A DNA stretch of 64,000 nucleotides from Dehalococcoidia bacterium (GCA_040766535.1 JAXGQG010000004.1:25936-89935), one strand, 5' to 3'. Counted from the stretch's first letter, positions 9,508 through 19,619 are shown. Notes: generated by a model not told the origin, from the letters alone. Made by a program: numbers and translations.

Positions 9508-10122
9508 ATGCAGCTCGATCAGGGGATATTTCTCGCGGCGTTCGGTGGTGGAGTTGCTGCCGGCGTCGTGATTCTTGGCATAGAGATGATCAGGCGATAC
9601 TGGGAACGGCCGCTGGTCAAGGTCACCGTTGGCGTTGGCCTTTCGATGTCTGACGACCCTGAGGCGCGTGACGCTCAACTTGTTCTCGAGGCCGCCAACG
9701 TGCATGGCCAGCCGGTTACTCTCGTCAGTTGTGGCCTCATACTCAGCACCGGACACCGCGTCGTACTGCCGCGCTCCCAGATGAGCGAGTTTCCGATTGA
9801 GCTTGGACTCCAGCGGCCGGTCGTCAAGACTGTCTCCGTGGAGCAGCTGCTCAACAGGCTGGAAGTGTGGAGTTGTGTGCCCGAGGATGTGCGCTTCGCC
9901 TATTTCACCTCGTCCACCGGCAGGATGTTCAAGACCAGGCTGTCGCGCGATATCGTGGCGGCACTCTCACGTGGCTGTGAGGCATCAACAGTCTCTTCCG
10001 TGGACTACGGTCATGAGCGGCGCGGGATGATGTCCGAACGCCCACCGGAACTGGTTGAGGGCCGGCGGGGCGATGCTTCGCCGCTCTCGTGGTCTACGTT
10101 CAGACGTTTGACCCGGCGCTGA
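9508..10122 (+). CDS. hypothetical membrane-anchored protein
   Basis: Track ORF 9403..10122. ATG 9508 follows GGAGGA. One N-terminal TM helix (IFLAAFGGGVAAGVVILGI). Confidence 0.45.
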   Translation: MQLDQGIFLAAFGGGVAAGVVILGIEMIRRYWERPLVKVTVGVGLSMSDDPEARDAQLVLEAANVHGQPVTLVSCGLILSTGHRVVLPRSQMSEFPIELGLQRPVVKTVSVEQLLNRLEVWSCVPEDVRFAYFTSSTGRMFKTRLSRDIVAALSRGCEASTVSSVDYGHERRGMMSERPPELVEGRRGDASPLSWSTFRRLTRR

Positions 10123-10463
10123 TCGGTTTGCTAGACTGGCTTCAGCAGGTGTTCGCAGCAGCGTTCGCTGGCGGGGACGAAAACCCCCGCGTTCTATGTA
10201 AGGATCGGCAGCGGTCCGTCGTCTGAGGCCCACGGGTCTTTCGAGCGTCGTTCATCTTCGCTCATTATGGCAGGGTCGTGTCGTATACATTGTCGCCCTC
10301 CCTTCCCCGGCGTTGCTGTGGCATGCCCGTCGCATACCACCGCTTGCGGTCGCAGGAGGTGATATGCACGACGGAAAGCCAATCGGGCGCCGGGATGCCC
10401 CGGTGCGGCGGATTGGACGTGTGGAGGATGGGTGGAGTATCGAATCGCGAAGGAGGATTGTGA

Positions 10464-11333
10464 ATGCGTCGAACGAAACTTATGATGGTTGTGGTGACCT
10501 GTCTCGTGGCCGCTTCCCTGGTGTTGAGTGGCTGCGCGTCCGACGGTGCTGACGGCAAGGGCACAGTCGATCTCGTTTATGTGCAGTGGGCGTGTGCGGA
10601 GTCCCAGACTCACATCGCGCAGGCGGTGTTGCAGGACATAGGCTACAACGTGGAGTTGATGACGGTCGCGGCGGGTCCGATGTGGACCGGTGTCGCAACG
10701 GGTGATGCGGATGCCTTGGTCTGTGGCTGGCTTCCCTACACTCATGAATCCTACATGGCGGAGTATGGCAACCAGGTTGAGGACCTCGGCGTAAACTTCG
10801 AAGGCGCCAGGATAGGACTGGTAGTCCCGAAGTACGTGGATATCGATTCGATTACGGAACTGAACTCCGTAGGAGATGACTTTGACTGGACAATATACGG
10901 CATCGAGCCGGGTTCCGGCCTGATGCAGCACACATACGATGAAACGATACCGACCTATGGGCTTGATGAGTGGGAAGTCATGGACGCGAGCGACATGGCG
11001 ATGACCGTGGCCCTGCAGAGTGCCTACGACAAGCAGGAGAACGTGGTAGTCACCGGATGGGCGCCTCACTGGAAGTTCTTCGCGTTCGACCTCAAGTTCC
11101 TGGAGGACCCCGGAGGAGACCTACGGCGGCTCCGAAGAGAACACACGATTGCGCGCACCGGCTTCAGTGAAGACATGCCCGAGGCGGCCTCTATGCTGAG
11201 CAAGTTCTTCCTCACCGAGGCACAGCTTGGCGAAGTCATGTACGCAGTGAACGTGGATGGAGTTGATCCTGCCACCGCTGCACGTGAATGGGTCGATGCG
11301 AATCAGGACGTCGTCGCTCAGTGGACGTCATAG
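10464..11333 (+). CDS. glycine betaine/osmoprotectant ABC-transporter substrate-binding lipoprotein (OpuAC/ProX-like), orphan
   Basis: Track ORF. Signal peptide with lipobox LSGC. VQWACAESQTHIAQAVLQDIGYNVEL...GDADALVCGWLPYTHESY...YGIEPGSGL...VVTGWAPHWKF fits OpuAC-type binding proteins. No permease or ATPase is adjacent. Confidence 0.85.
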   Translation: MRRTKLMMVVVTCLVAASLVLSGCASDGADGKGTVDLVYVQWACAESQTHIAQAVLQDIGYNVELMTVAAGPMWTGVATGDADALVCGWLPYTHESYMAEYGNQVEDLGVNFEGARIGLVVPKYVDIDSITELNSVGDDFDWTIYGIEPGSGLMQHTYDETIPTYGLDEWEVMDASDMAMTVALQSAYDKQENVVVTGWAPHWKFFAFDLKFLEDPGGDLRRLRREHTIARTGFSEDMPEAASMLSKFFLTEAQLGEVMYAVNVDGVDPATAAREWVDANQDVVAQWTS

Positions 11334-11388
11334 GTTCTTGAAGACCAGAGCAATACGGCGTAGTGCCGGGATAGCGTGATGAGTACCT

Positions 11389-11417
11389 GCCGGGCGCGGC
11401 CACAGGCCGCGCCCGGC
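11389..11417. terminator. GC-rich perfect hairpin between convergent genes
   Basis: GCCGGGCGCGGC (11389-11400), loop CACAG, GCCGCGCCCGGC (11406-11417): a 12-bp perfect stem. Only TT follows on the + strand, so it is not a canonical U-tract terminator. Confidence 0.45.
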
Positions 11418-11438
11418 TTCCTGTCAAGAGCAGAAGCG

Positions 11439-11732
11439 TCAGTGCGAGGCGCGGCCCCACAGGCTGCGTATGTTGTGCGTGTGGACATGCTCGCCGGCCG
11501 ACACCGCCCGGGTTGCCTCTCCGATGACGGCGCCGTACTTGTAGATTCTCTCCCCTGCGGCGATGTCGCGCAGTGCGATCTTGTGCAGAAAGCGGATGTC
11601 CTGCCGGGCAGTGAGGTCAGAGGCGTTGTCGCCCGCGCCGACCCGAATAGTCTCCCCGCTACTGATGTCCCGGGTAGCTGTGCCCACGTTGTCTGTGTCA
11701 CGAATCACGATGACGGCGGCCTTATCTGTCAT
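11439..11732 (-). CDS. UxaA-family (altronate/galactarate dehydratase-like) hydrolyase, small SAF-domain subunit
   Basis: Track ORF. VIVIRDTDNVGTATRDISSGE...DIRFLHKIALRDIAAGERIYKYGAVIGEATRAVSAGEHVHTHN is the N-terminal SAF module of UxaA/GarD-type dehydratases. Confidence 0.85.
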   Translation of the reverse strand: MTDKAAVIVIRDTDNVGTATRDISSGETIRVGAGDNASDLTARQDIRFLHKIALRDIAAGERIYKYGAVIGEATRAVSAGEHVHTHNIRSLWGRASH

Positions 11733-11755
11733 GAGCAGTCTCCATTACCACGCGG

Positions 11756-12913
11756 CTAGAGCGTGAGTGTCGTTCTCCATATCTGACACTGGTTCTCACC
11801 CAACTCCTCGGCCTTCGTGGTGCGACCGTTAGCTGTTTCCAGCACGAGGTCGAACAGCCTCTTTCCGGTCTCCCCTATGGTCTCCTTCCCGTCCAGTATG
11901 GTTCCCGCATTCAAGTCGGCAGTATCCTCCATCCTCCGGAAGGCGGGCGTGTTGGACATCACCTTGATGACGGGCACGATCGACATGCCAAAAGGAGTGC
12001 CCAGTCCCGTGGTGAAGACCACGACCTGTGCTCCTCCGGCTACGATTCCCGTTACTGACGGGGCGTCGTAGCTTGGAGAATCCATCAGCATGGGGCCCTT
12101 GTTCTCCGGTATGTCTGCGTATTCGATTACGTCGGTGATGGGACGTGAGCCTATCTTGCGGATGCAGCCGAGGGACTTCTCTTCAAGGGTACTGAGGCCG
12201 GCCTCCATATTGCCCTGGTTCGGTTCCCCTGTGCTCAGGTCGGCGCCGTACATCTTCACATGGTGCTCGAAGCGATGCACCGTGTCGAGTATCCGCTGTG
12301 CCACCTGCGGGGAGGCTGCGTTGGAAGCCATCTCCTCCTCAGCGCCGACACATTCGGTGGTCTCACCGATAATCGCGCTGCCCCCCGCATCCACAAGGAG
12401 GTCCACGGCTGCTCCGAGTGCCTGGTTGGCGGTGAGCCCGGATGCAGGGTCGGAGGCGCCGCAGTTCAGCCCCAGGATGAGATCGCTCACTGCAACTGGC
12501 TCCCGGCGGACATGGCTCGCCTGGCCGATCAACTCCCGGGCAATCCGCGCGCCCCTATCTACTGTGGCAGCGTAGCCTCCCGCATTGTGCATCGTTATGG
12601 CCTCAACCGGCTTTCCGAAGCGCTCGATGGCCGCCCTTGCCTGCTCCGGCTTGAAGGCTTCGCAACCAAGTCCCACGCACAGTACCGCCGCGACGTTCGG
12701 ATTACCCGCGAGGTTCGTGAGCGTCCTGGCGAAGACGATCTGGTCTTCCCGCAGCATGCCGCAACCGCTATCCATTGGCAGCATGACCGCCTCAGGGGCC
12801 TTCCTGCAGATCGCGGCAACGACGCCGTTCGCGCATGCAACCGTGGGCAGCACCAGTACGTGATTTCTGAAACCAACCCGACCGTCTGGTCGTCTGTAGC
12901 CGCTGAGTTCCAC
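11756..12913 (-). CDS. UxaA-family dehydratase, large (C-terminal domain) subunit
   Basis: Track ORF 11756..13054. GTG 12913 is preceded by GGAAAGGAGACTATC. GYRRPDGRVGFRNHVLVLPTVACAN...LGLNCGASD...TTGLGTP fits the UxaA C-terminal domain. Confidence 0.85.
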   Translation of the reverse strand: MELSGYRRPDGRVGFRNHVLVLPTVACANGVVAAICRKAPEAVMLPMDSGCGMLREDQIVFARTLTNLAGNPNVAAVLCVGLGCEAFKPEQARAAIERFGKPVEAITMHNAGGYAATVDRGARIARELIGQASHVRREPVAVSDLILGLNCGASDPASGLTANQALGAAVDLLVDAGGSAIIGETTECVGAEEEMASNAASPQVAQRILDTVHRFEHHVKMYGADLSTGEPNQGNMEAGLSTLEEKSLGCIRKIGSRPITDVIEYADIPENKGPMLMDSPSYDAPSVTGIVAGGAQVVVFTTGLGTPFGMSIVPVIKVMSNTPAFRRMEDTADLNAGTILDGKETIGETGKRLFDLVLETANGRTTKAEELGENQCQIWRTTLTL

Positions 12914-13116
12914 GATAGTCTCCTTTCCGAAAGGGTTGCCTGACTCGGGATGTCCGGGCTCTCCGGGAGTCCCTTTGCGCCCGCTGCCATATGTACGGAG
13001 CGGCCGCTGTCGCAGAGGGGTAAGCAGTCTATCACGTGCTCGGCTGTGTCGCACACGTGAGGCGCCTCAGTACTCCGTGATTCGCTGCGCGTACATTGCC
13101 GGCGGCGGGCCGTAAC

Positions 13117-13150
13117 GAAGAAGGTGGCGGGGCGACCTGCCACCTTCTTC
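13117..13150 (-). terminator. hairpin downstream of the IlvD-family gene
   Basis: GAAGAAGGTGGC (13117-13128), 10-nt loop, GCCACCTTCTTC (13139-13150): a 12-bp perfect stem, 19 nt after the stop at 13169. No clear U tract. Confidence 0.4.
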
Positions 13151-13168
13151 CGGCAAGCGCTTCGCGTG

Positions 13169-14842
13169 TTATACCTCGTCTTCGAACACCGCTCCTGTGC
13201 TGGCGGAGGTAACGAGTCTACTGTAGCGGGCAAGGAACCCCTTCTTGACCTTTGGTGTGAACGGAGGCAGCGAAGCCAGCCGCTCCTTGATCTCTCGCTC
13301 GTCGAGCTTGACGTCGAGCGTCCGCCTGCTGACATCGATGCGGATGATGTCTCCATCCCGCAGTGCGGCGATCGGTCCTCGCGCTGCTGCTTCGGGCGAT
13401 ACGTGGCCGATGGCGGCTCCGCGCGAGCCACCCGAGAAACGGCCATCGGTGATCAGCGCTACCGTGTTGTCCACTCCCATTCCTGACAGCATCGAAGTGG
13501 GCGTCAGCATCTCCCGCATTCCGGGGCCACCCTTCGGGCCTTCGTAACGCACGACGATGACATCCCCCGGCTGGAAGACACGGCCGGCGATTGCCCTGGT
13601 CGCCTCCTCTTCGCTGTTGAAACAGCGAGCCGGTCCCTCGTGCACCATCATGTTGTCGGCCACACCCGCGCTCTTCACCACGGCCCCATCGGGGGCCAGG
13701 TTCCCGAACAGGATGGTGACGCCGCCCGTGTTGTGGAGTGGCTTCTCGAAAGGATGAATCACACGGCGGTCTCGTACATCCGCATCGCGCCAGATATCGC
13801 CGATAGTACGGCTCAATACCGTCATCGCTCCTGGCCTCAGCTTCCTCGAGATCTCCTTCATGACGGCGGGGATGCCGCCCGCGAGGTCGAGGTCTACCAG
13901 ACCGTATCTTCCGTAGGGACGCATGTCGCACAGGTGAGGTACGGACTCGCTGATCTCGTTGATGCGCCGCAGTGGGAAGTCCACTCCGGCGGCATGGGCG
14001 ATGGCGGGCACATGCAGCACGGTGTTCGTGCTGCCGCCCAGAGCCATATCTACGGCGAACGCATTGTGGAACGCATCCGGGGTGAGGATGTCACGTGGCT
14101 TGAGGCCCTTCTCGAAGACCTGAACCACCTGTTTGCCGGCGAGGAACGCCAACTGCAGCCTCCTGCCCTCAGGGGCCGGAATGGTGCCGTTCCCGGGCAG
14201 TCCCAGGCCGAGGACTTCTGTCAGGCAGTTCATCGTATTGGCGGTGGCGATCGGAGAGCATGATCCACATCCGGGGCAGGCCCGCTGTTCAAGCTCGTCC
14301 AATTGCCGCTCCGTCATTTGGTGAGCCAGCACCTTGCCAACACCCTCGAAGCAATGGACGAGGTCGACCTCGACCGGTCCGTTTTCGCCGGGAACGCGGC
14401 CCGGCAGCATCGGGCCGCCGGACACGAAGACGCATGGCAGATTAAGGCGCGCGGCAGCCATCAGCATTCCTGGTACGATCTTGTCGCAATTCGGAATGAA
14501 CACCAGCGCATCGAATCCATGTGCTTCGGCCATGATCTCGACGGCATCGGCGATGAGTTCCCTGCTCGGCAGGCTGAACTTCATGCCCGGGTGATTCATG
14601 GCGATCCCGTCGCACACTCCAATGGTGTTGAACTCAAACGGCACGCCGCCGCCGGCCCGGATGCCCTCTCTCACCGATGCGGCAATGGACTGTAGGTGCA
14701 TATGGCCCGGGATGACGGATGTGTAGCTGTTGACGATTCCGACAAATGGCTTGTCAAGGTCCTCCCTGGGGTGCCCAAGGGCGTAGAACAGCGAACGATG
14801 CGGCGCCCGTTCCACCCCCCTCTTCACTGAGTCACTCTTCAT
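13169..14842 (-). CDS. ilvD: dihydroxy-acid dehydratase (IlvD/Edd family)
   Basis: Track ORF, 557 aa. [12 protein letters not shown]...[20 protein letters not shown]...[26 protein letters not shown]...[19 protein letters not shown]. The neighbouring UxaA genes leave open a sugar-acid dehydratase role. Confidence 0.9.
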   Translation of the reverse strand: MKSDSVKRGVERAPHRSLFYALGHPREDLDKPFVGIVNSYTSVIPGHMHLQSIAASVREGIRAGGGVPFEFNTIGVCDGIAMNHPGMKFSLPSRELIADAVEIMAEAHGFDALVFIPNCDKIVPGMLMAAARLNLPCVFVSGGPMLPGRVPGENGPVEVDLVHCFEGVGKVLAHQMTERQLDELEQRACPGCGSCSPIATANTMNCLTEVLGLGLPGNGTIPAPEGRRLQLAFLAGKQVVQVFEKGLKPRDILTPDAFHNAFAVDMALGGSTNTVLHVPAIAHAAGVDFPLRRINEISESVPHLCDMRPYGRYGLVDLDLAGGIPAVMKEISRKLRPGAMTVLSRTIGDIWRDADVRDRRVIHPFEKPLHNTGGVTILFGNLAPDGAVVKSAGVADNMMVHEGPARCFNSEEEATRAIAGRVFQPGDVIVVRYEGPKGGPGMREMLTPTSMLSGMGVDNTVALITDGRFSGGSRGAAIGHVSPEAAARGPIAALRDGDIIRIDVSRRTLDVKLDEREIKERLASLPPFTPKVKKGFLARYSRLVTSASTGAVFEDEV

Positions 14843-14938
14843 GATCGATGTCCCTCCTCGTTGGTGCGTCTGGCTTGCCCTGATGCCGACCGTGTGAGCG
14901 GCCCCTGTCCTGTCTATCCAGTTTGTGCCGGGTGGGCT

Positions 14939-15442
14939 TCACACACCCAGCCAACCGATTGCTGTCAGCACGACCAGGATCGAAAAACAGAGCCACACGA
15001 CGAGCGGCATGATGAGCGACGATGACTCCACTGAGCGGCGGCGCACGACCACGATGCTGGCGAGTGCGAGCAACAGCGTGGCGGCGTTGCCGAAGAGCGC
15101 AACTCGAAGGTCAACCGCGGGAAGCGAGTAGAACGGCCAGAGGAGACAGCAGAGAATGAGAAGCGTCACCAGTGTTCGCGCGGTGGACACCCCGATAATC
15201 GTGTATGAATTGAGCATCCACCTTGACAGGCCGAGCAACGCGAGAAGGCCCACCCACACCAGTGCCTCAGCCCAGTCGGGCAGTGCGAACCACGGCATCG
15301 AATCCGTTGTGGCGCCTCGCGTCAGCCACAAGACCAGCCCGTGGGTCACAAGTCCCGCCACCACCGCCAGAGAGATGTTCAAGCGGCGGGAGCGTTCATC
15401 GTCCTGGTTCAGAGCCTCGGCTAATCGCAGTAGTAGTGACAT
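14939..15442 (-). CDS. small polytopic membrane protein, TspO/MBR-like (tentative)
   Basis: Track ORF 14939..15517; ATG 15442. Five hydrophobic segments. LPDWAEALVWVGLLALLGLSRW and LIMPLVVWLCFSILVVLTAIGW loosely resemble TspO helices. Confidence 0.35.
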   Translation of the reverse strand: MSLLLRLAEALNQDDERSRRLNISLAVVAGLVTHGLVLWLTRGATTDSMPWFALPDWAEALVWVGLLALLGLSRWMLNSYTIIGVSTARTLVTLLILCCLLWPFYSLPAVDLRVALFGNAATLLLALASIVVVRRRSVESSSLIMPLVVWLCFSILVVLTAIGWLGV

Positions 15443-15590
15443 AATCAACCCGCAGCCGGACTGCTCCCCGTCAGGCCTGCGCCTGATTCCATTGCTGCGT
15501 GGCAGATATCGGTTCATCAGTCGTGCGACCCACCGGCGTAGCGTACGTTCAGTTGGTCATCGTCATCCAGCCCGGACCATCTTCTCCATC

Positions 15591-16387
15591 TCAACCGGAT
15601 TCGCCGGCAGCACCGCGCTGGGCTGTCCCCGCGTCGAGATCGGCTTTCACCGGCCGCGCCGCCTGCGCATCGAGTGTGCTGCGGCGGAGAACATGGTTGG
15701 CACATGGAAGATCGCCTTGTAGCCCATGCCCCCAGCGTGTCCCGGGGCAGCGGCATTCTCGTGCCATCGCCTGTATGGTGGATAGCGGCACGCCCGCTTC
15801 CCGCCCCACCTTCTCCATCGCCTCCTTCGAAGTGAGTCCGATGGCAAGAATCATGTCGACGCCATTGCAACGTACTTCTTCGACTCGGCGACTACTTCGT
15901 CGAGCTCCTCTTGTAGTCATCAGTCCTGGCCATGATGAAGAAATCGGGATTGCGCGCGCCCTCCACTGCGGCTCGTATCTTCTGCACCATATCATCGCTT
16001 GGGATGAGGCGTCCTCCGCCCAGTGGAGCACCGCAACGGACGGCGGAGGTCCTCGATGTACATCCCGGCAGCGCCGATCTGCTCCACGAGTTGGACGGTC
16101 CGGCGCACGTTCATCGGATCGCCGAATCCATCATCGCAGTCCACGATGAGCGGGACCGACACGGCGCGGATGACACGACGGGCAGCGTCAAGCATCTCCG
16201 TCTGCGTGATGTTCCCCGAGTCCGGCCTGCCGATCATCGACCAGGAAGTCATGGAGCCGAACAGGGTGAGAACCTCAAAACCCTCCTGTTCAGCGACTAT
16301 CGCACTGAAGGGATCCCATACGCCGATGCTGACCATGGGGCCCGGGCGTTCCAGTATTTCGCGAAGCCTGCGTGCCATAGTGATCAT
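15591..16387 (-). pseudogene. isocitrate lyase / PEP mutase family gene (methylisocitrate lyase-like), multiply frameshifted
   Basis: Frame 1 (track ORF 15992..16387) gives MARRLREILERPGPMVSIGVWDPFSAIVAEQEGFEVL...PLIVDCDDGFGDPMNVRRTVQLVEQIGAAGMYIED, then stops early. The family continues in other frames: GGRLIPSDDMVQKIRAAVEGARNPDFFIMARTDDYK, then EELDEVVAESKKYVA, then NGVDMILAIGLTSKEAMEKVGREAGVPLSTI (inside track ORF 15591..16031), then MGYKAIFHVPTMFSAAAHSM (inside 15647..15847). Confidence 0.7.
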
Positions 16388-16672
16388 TTCACTCTCCAGT
16401 CTTACCGAGCGCTTGTGGCAATTGTAGCCGTCAGCAGGCGTGCAATGTCAATGTGCCACCAAATGGAGCGTAGTCCTTCTTCTGCCGTCCGGTTGTCGGA
16501 AATGCCCGGTTCCAGAGGGAATCTGACATGCCCCACGCATGATGTCCGTTCGGCGACAAGGGACGTGCTCCATCCTGCGAGGGGACGTATGCCTCGCTCT
16601 ACGGTGGTGTTACCCTCGTTCAGTTATGTAGAATGCCCCGCAATTCCTTACACTGTGCCGGTGGAGGCGATA

Positions 16673-18086
16673 ATGCCCGGTGCCAGAGACGTCATTGATT
16701 ACCTTGATGGTCTGCGTGAGGACCTGTCCGCCGCGGCACGTGATGTGTGGCAGCACCCGCAGGTGGGATTCAGGGAAACGTACGCGTCCGGGCGAATCCT
16801 CGAGATGCTCTCAGCCCATGGCTTCAGAATCCTGAAGCCCGTTGCCGGCATCGACACGGCGTTCGTAGCGGAATGGGGAGAAGGCCGGCCGGGTGGGCAT
16901 CCTCGCTGAGTATGATGCACTTCCGGGACTGTCACAGAAAGTGACCGCCTCAAAGGAACCTGTGGAGCCCGGTGCTCCCGGTCATGCCTGCGGACACAAC
17001 CTTCTGGGAGTTGCCGGCTTGGGAGCAGCCCTTGCCGCTCGCCGGCAGATGGAGGCTGAAGGACTTGGCGGCACGCTGCGTTACTTCGGCTGTCCGGCGG
17101 AAGAGACGTTGATGGGCAAGGTCTTTATGGCTCGAGAGGGAGTGTTCGACGGTGTCGACGCGTTCTTCACGTGGCATCCGATGTATGCCAACACGTTGTG
17201 GGCCGCGTCGTCCGCGGCTCTCAACTCGTTCAGACTGTCGTTCCATGGTGTGTCTGCCCACGCCGCCTCTTCCCCGGAGGCAGGGAGAAGCGCCCTGGAT
17301 GCGGTGATGCTCACGGATGTGGGGATCAACTACCTGCGTGAGCACATCATACCGGAGGCGCGGATTCACTCCGTCGTCACACACGGAGGAGAAGCCCCCA
17401 ACATCGTGCCCTCCTTCGCGCAGAGCTGGTACTACGTCCGCGCCCCCAGGCGTTCTCAGGTGGAGGAGATATACGCGCGCGTGCTCAACGTGGCGAGAGG
17501 CGCCGCCTTGATGACGGATACGTCGCTGGACGTTGAGCCGGTGGCCGCGTGCTACGACTATCTGCCCAACGAGACCCTGCAGGAAGTCGTCCTGTCCAAC
17601 ATGAAGAGGCTGGGGCCTCCCGCGTTCGACGACGCGGATGTTACGTTCGCCCGGGAACTGCAACAGACGCTGCCTCAAGGCGCGGTGGACGACGCTGTGC
17701 AGGCGTATGGCCTCCCGCGGGAAGTGCTGGGTGATCCGTTGTGTACGTCCGTGCTTGATGAAGTGGGGACACTGCGCAGGGGCGCGGTGCAGCCGGTGTC
17801 CACGGATGTCGGAGATGTCTCCCACATCGCGCCCACCGTGCAGATGGCCGCGTGCTGCATGCCGCTTGGAGTGCCTTTGCACTCCTGGCAGGCTGCCGCG
17901 TCATGCGGGTCGTCGATCGGCCTGAAGGCGATGCACTGGGCGGCGAAAGTGCTGGCTCTCAGCATGGTGGAAGTGCTGCGCGGCCCCGCCGTGCTCGATG
18001 TGGCACAGAGAGAATTCACGCTGGCGATGGGTGGCAGGTGCTATGAGTGCCTCATCCCTCAGGAGTTGAAGCCTCCAAGTGTCTGA
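16673..18086 (+). pseudogene. M20-family amidohydrolase (AbgB / aminobenzoyl-glutamate utilisation-like) interrupted by one +1 frameshift
   Basis: The N-terminus MPGARDVIDYLDGLREDLSAAARDVWQHPQVGFRETYASGRILEMLSAHGFRI...AFVAEWGEGRP (ATG 16673 after GGTGGAGG) ends at TGA 16907-16909. The family continues one base out of frame as VGILAEYDALPGLSQ...GHACGHNLLG... (track ORF 16893..18086). The junction lies in the GGCCGGCCGGGTGGG run at 16883-16897. Confidence 0.75.
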
Positions 18087-18510
18087 GAAAGGAAATTGCC
18101 CGAGATGATCGACAGTATTGGCGAAGTGCCGTGACCCTCTGCGCTCGATACTCGCCGTCATGCACAACCGCATCATGGATGCCTATCCCGACACGGCACA
18201 GGAACCACCCACCATGGACAAAGAGGGTGGTTCGATTATGCGGTGCCTGACGGAGCGGGCAGTCTCAGAGTATTTGCGGGAGCGCGCTTTCGAAGAGACA
18301 AGCCGTCCTGCGCCATAGTCCCGGCTGGTGAGTCGAGCACGACCCGATGGAATGGGTTCATGCGGACATGGGAAAGGTGAAGCCCCTGGGATTCGCATTC
18401 GGACTGCCGCGGCCGTTCGAGAAGGATGTCTCCGAGGACTCGATGCGCTACGTATGCGATCTTGTGGCGCAGTCCCGTGCTGCCGTGCTGAGGTCCTCGT
18501 AAGGGGCCGA

Positions 18511-19326
18511 CTAGCCGGTGCTCGTGGCGCCGCCCCCGGCCTGGCGGTCGAATGTCCGGTACTCGGGGCCGAAGTCCACGGTGGTGGTGAGCCCGCCGTC
18601 CACCGCCAGCGTCTGCCCGGTGATGTAGTCTGACTCGCCGGCGCTCAAGAAGAGGACCGCGGCGGTGATGTCCGCGGGTTTGCCCCATCCGAGGGGGATG
18701 GTCTCGCCGATGCGTTTGGCTACTGGCGTCTGCCTGAGCTTCTCGTTGATGGGCGTCGCCGTGTACCCCGGTGCCACACTGTTCACGCGTATCCCATGCG
18801 GAGCGAGTTCAAGGGCCCACTGCCGGGTCAACCCGTTGATTCCGGCCTTCGAGGCCGCATACGCGGTGGAGATGCAGCCCACGATACCCGCCACGGACGA
18901 GATGTTCACTATCTTGCCGTAGCCTCGCTCGATCATGTGTGGGACGGTTGCCCTGGCGCAGAGGAAGGGTCCCTTGAGGTCCGTATCGATTTCCCTGTCC
19001 CAGTCTTCTTCGGTCGTGCCGATCAGGCTGCGGCGTCGAATGACGCCGGCATTGTTGATGAGCACGTCTATGTGTCCGTAGACCTTCAGCGCCTCCTGGA
19101 CCATCTGTTGCGCGTCTCGCTCCTTCGTCACATCGCAGGCGACGGCCATGGCCTTGCCCCCGGCCGTGTTCAGGCTCTGGGCCGTGCGTGCAGCCGCGGC
19201 TTCGTCGATGTCCGCGCACACCACCTTTCCGCCCTCGGCACAGAAGGCTCTGCAGTAGTCCTCGCCCAGGCCTGAGCCGCCACCAGTGACGATGATAACC
19301 CGGTCTACAAATCTCGATCTGTTCAC
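18511..19326 (-). CDS. SDR-family oxidoreductase (FabG-like)
   Basis: Track ORF 18511..19464. GTG 19326 is preceded by GGAAGGAGCGACGCAG. TGGGSGLG, NNAG and the YAASKAG catalytic motif are present. Confidence 0.85.
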   Translation of the reverse strand: MNRSRFVDRVIIVTGGGSGLGEDYCRAFCAEGGKVVCADIDEAAAARTAQSLNTAGGKAMAVACDVTKERDAQQMVQEALKVYGHIDVLINNAGVIRRRSLIGTTEEDWDREIDTDLKGPFLCARATVPHMIERGYGKIVNISSVAGIVGCISTAYAASKAGINGLTRQWALELAPHGIRVNSVAPGYTATPINEKLRQTPVAKRIGETIPLGWGKPADITAAVLFLSAGESDYITGQTLAVDGGLTTTVDFGPEYRTFDRQAGGGATSTG

Positions 19327-19590
19327 CTGCGTCGCTCCTTCCGTGCCGGGAACAGCGGGCGAATCCACCTCCACCACATTCTCAGACACAACTGAGCGCC
19401 CGCAGTGTTCTCCTGAGCGTGTCTGCTGTGGATTGAGTGTAGTCACACCGTCGCCGGTCGTCAATGCATTGCGACCCGGCCCCGGCGCAGGCCATCAAGG
19501 CCGCAGTGCGGTGCGCTCCGGGCCGGCGGTATCCGGTTGTGCAGAACCCGCGCCGTGAGCCGTGCTGCCCCTGTGATTTCGGTTCCGGCG

Positions 19591-19619
19591 TTGACGATGC
19601 CTGTGATGGATACTACAAT
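19591..19619 (+). promoter_or_regulatory. sigma-70-like promoter for the mgtE leader
   Basis: TTGACG (19591-19596), 17-nt spacer, TACAAT (19614-19619). It sits about 320 nt upstream of the mgtE ATG. Confidence 0.45.

Noticed and set aside
15932-16909. 325-aa plus-strand ORF
   Set aside because: Composite. Its first two thirds are antisense to the PEP-mutase-family pseudogene and look non-protein-like. Only the last 78 codons (from ATG 16673) are real, being the N-terminus of the frameshifted M20 amidohydrolase.
16950-17882. 310-aa minus-strand ORF
   Set aside because: Antisense to the amidohydrolase body. Arg/His/Gly-rich, no motifs.
18347-18502. 51-codon ORF (MEWVHADMGKVKPLGFAFGLPRPFEKDVSEDSMRYVCDLVAQSRAAVLRSS) in an otherwise non-coding-looking gap
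   Set aside because: The composition is protein-like, and it could be the C-terminal remnant of another decayed gene. It is too short, has no RBS and I recognise no family.
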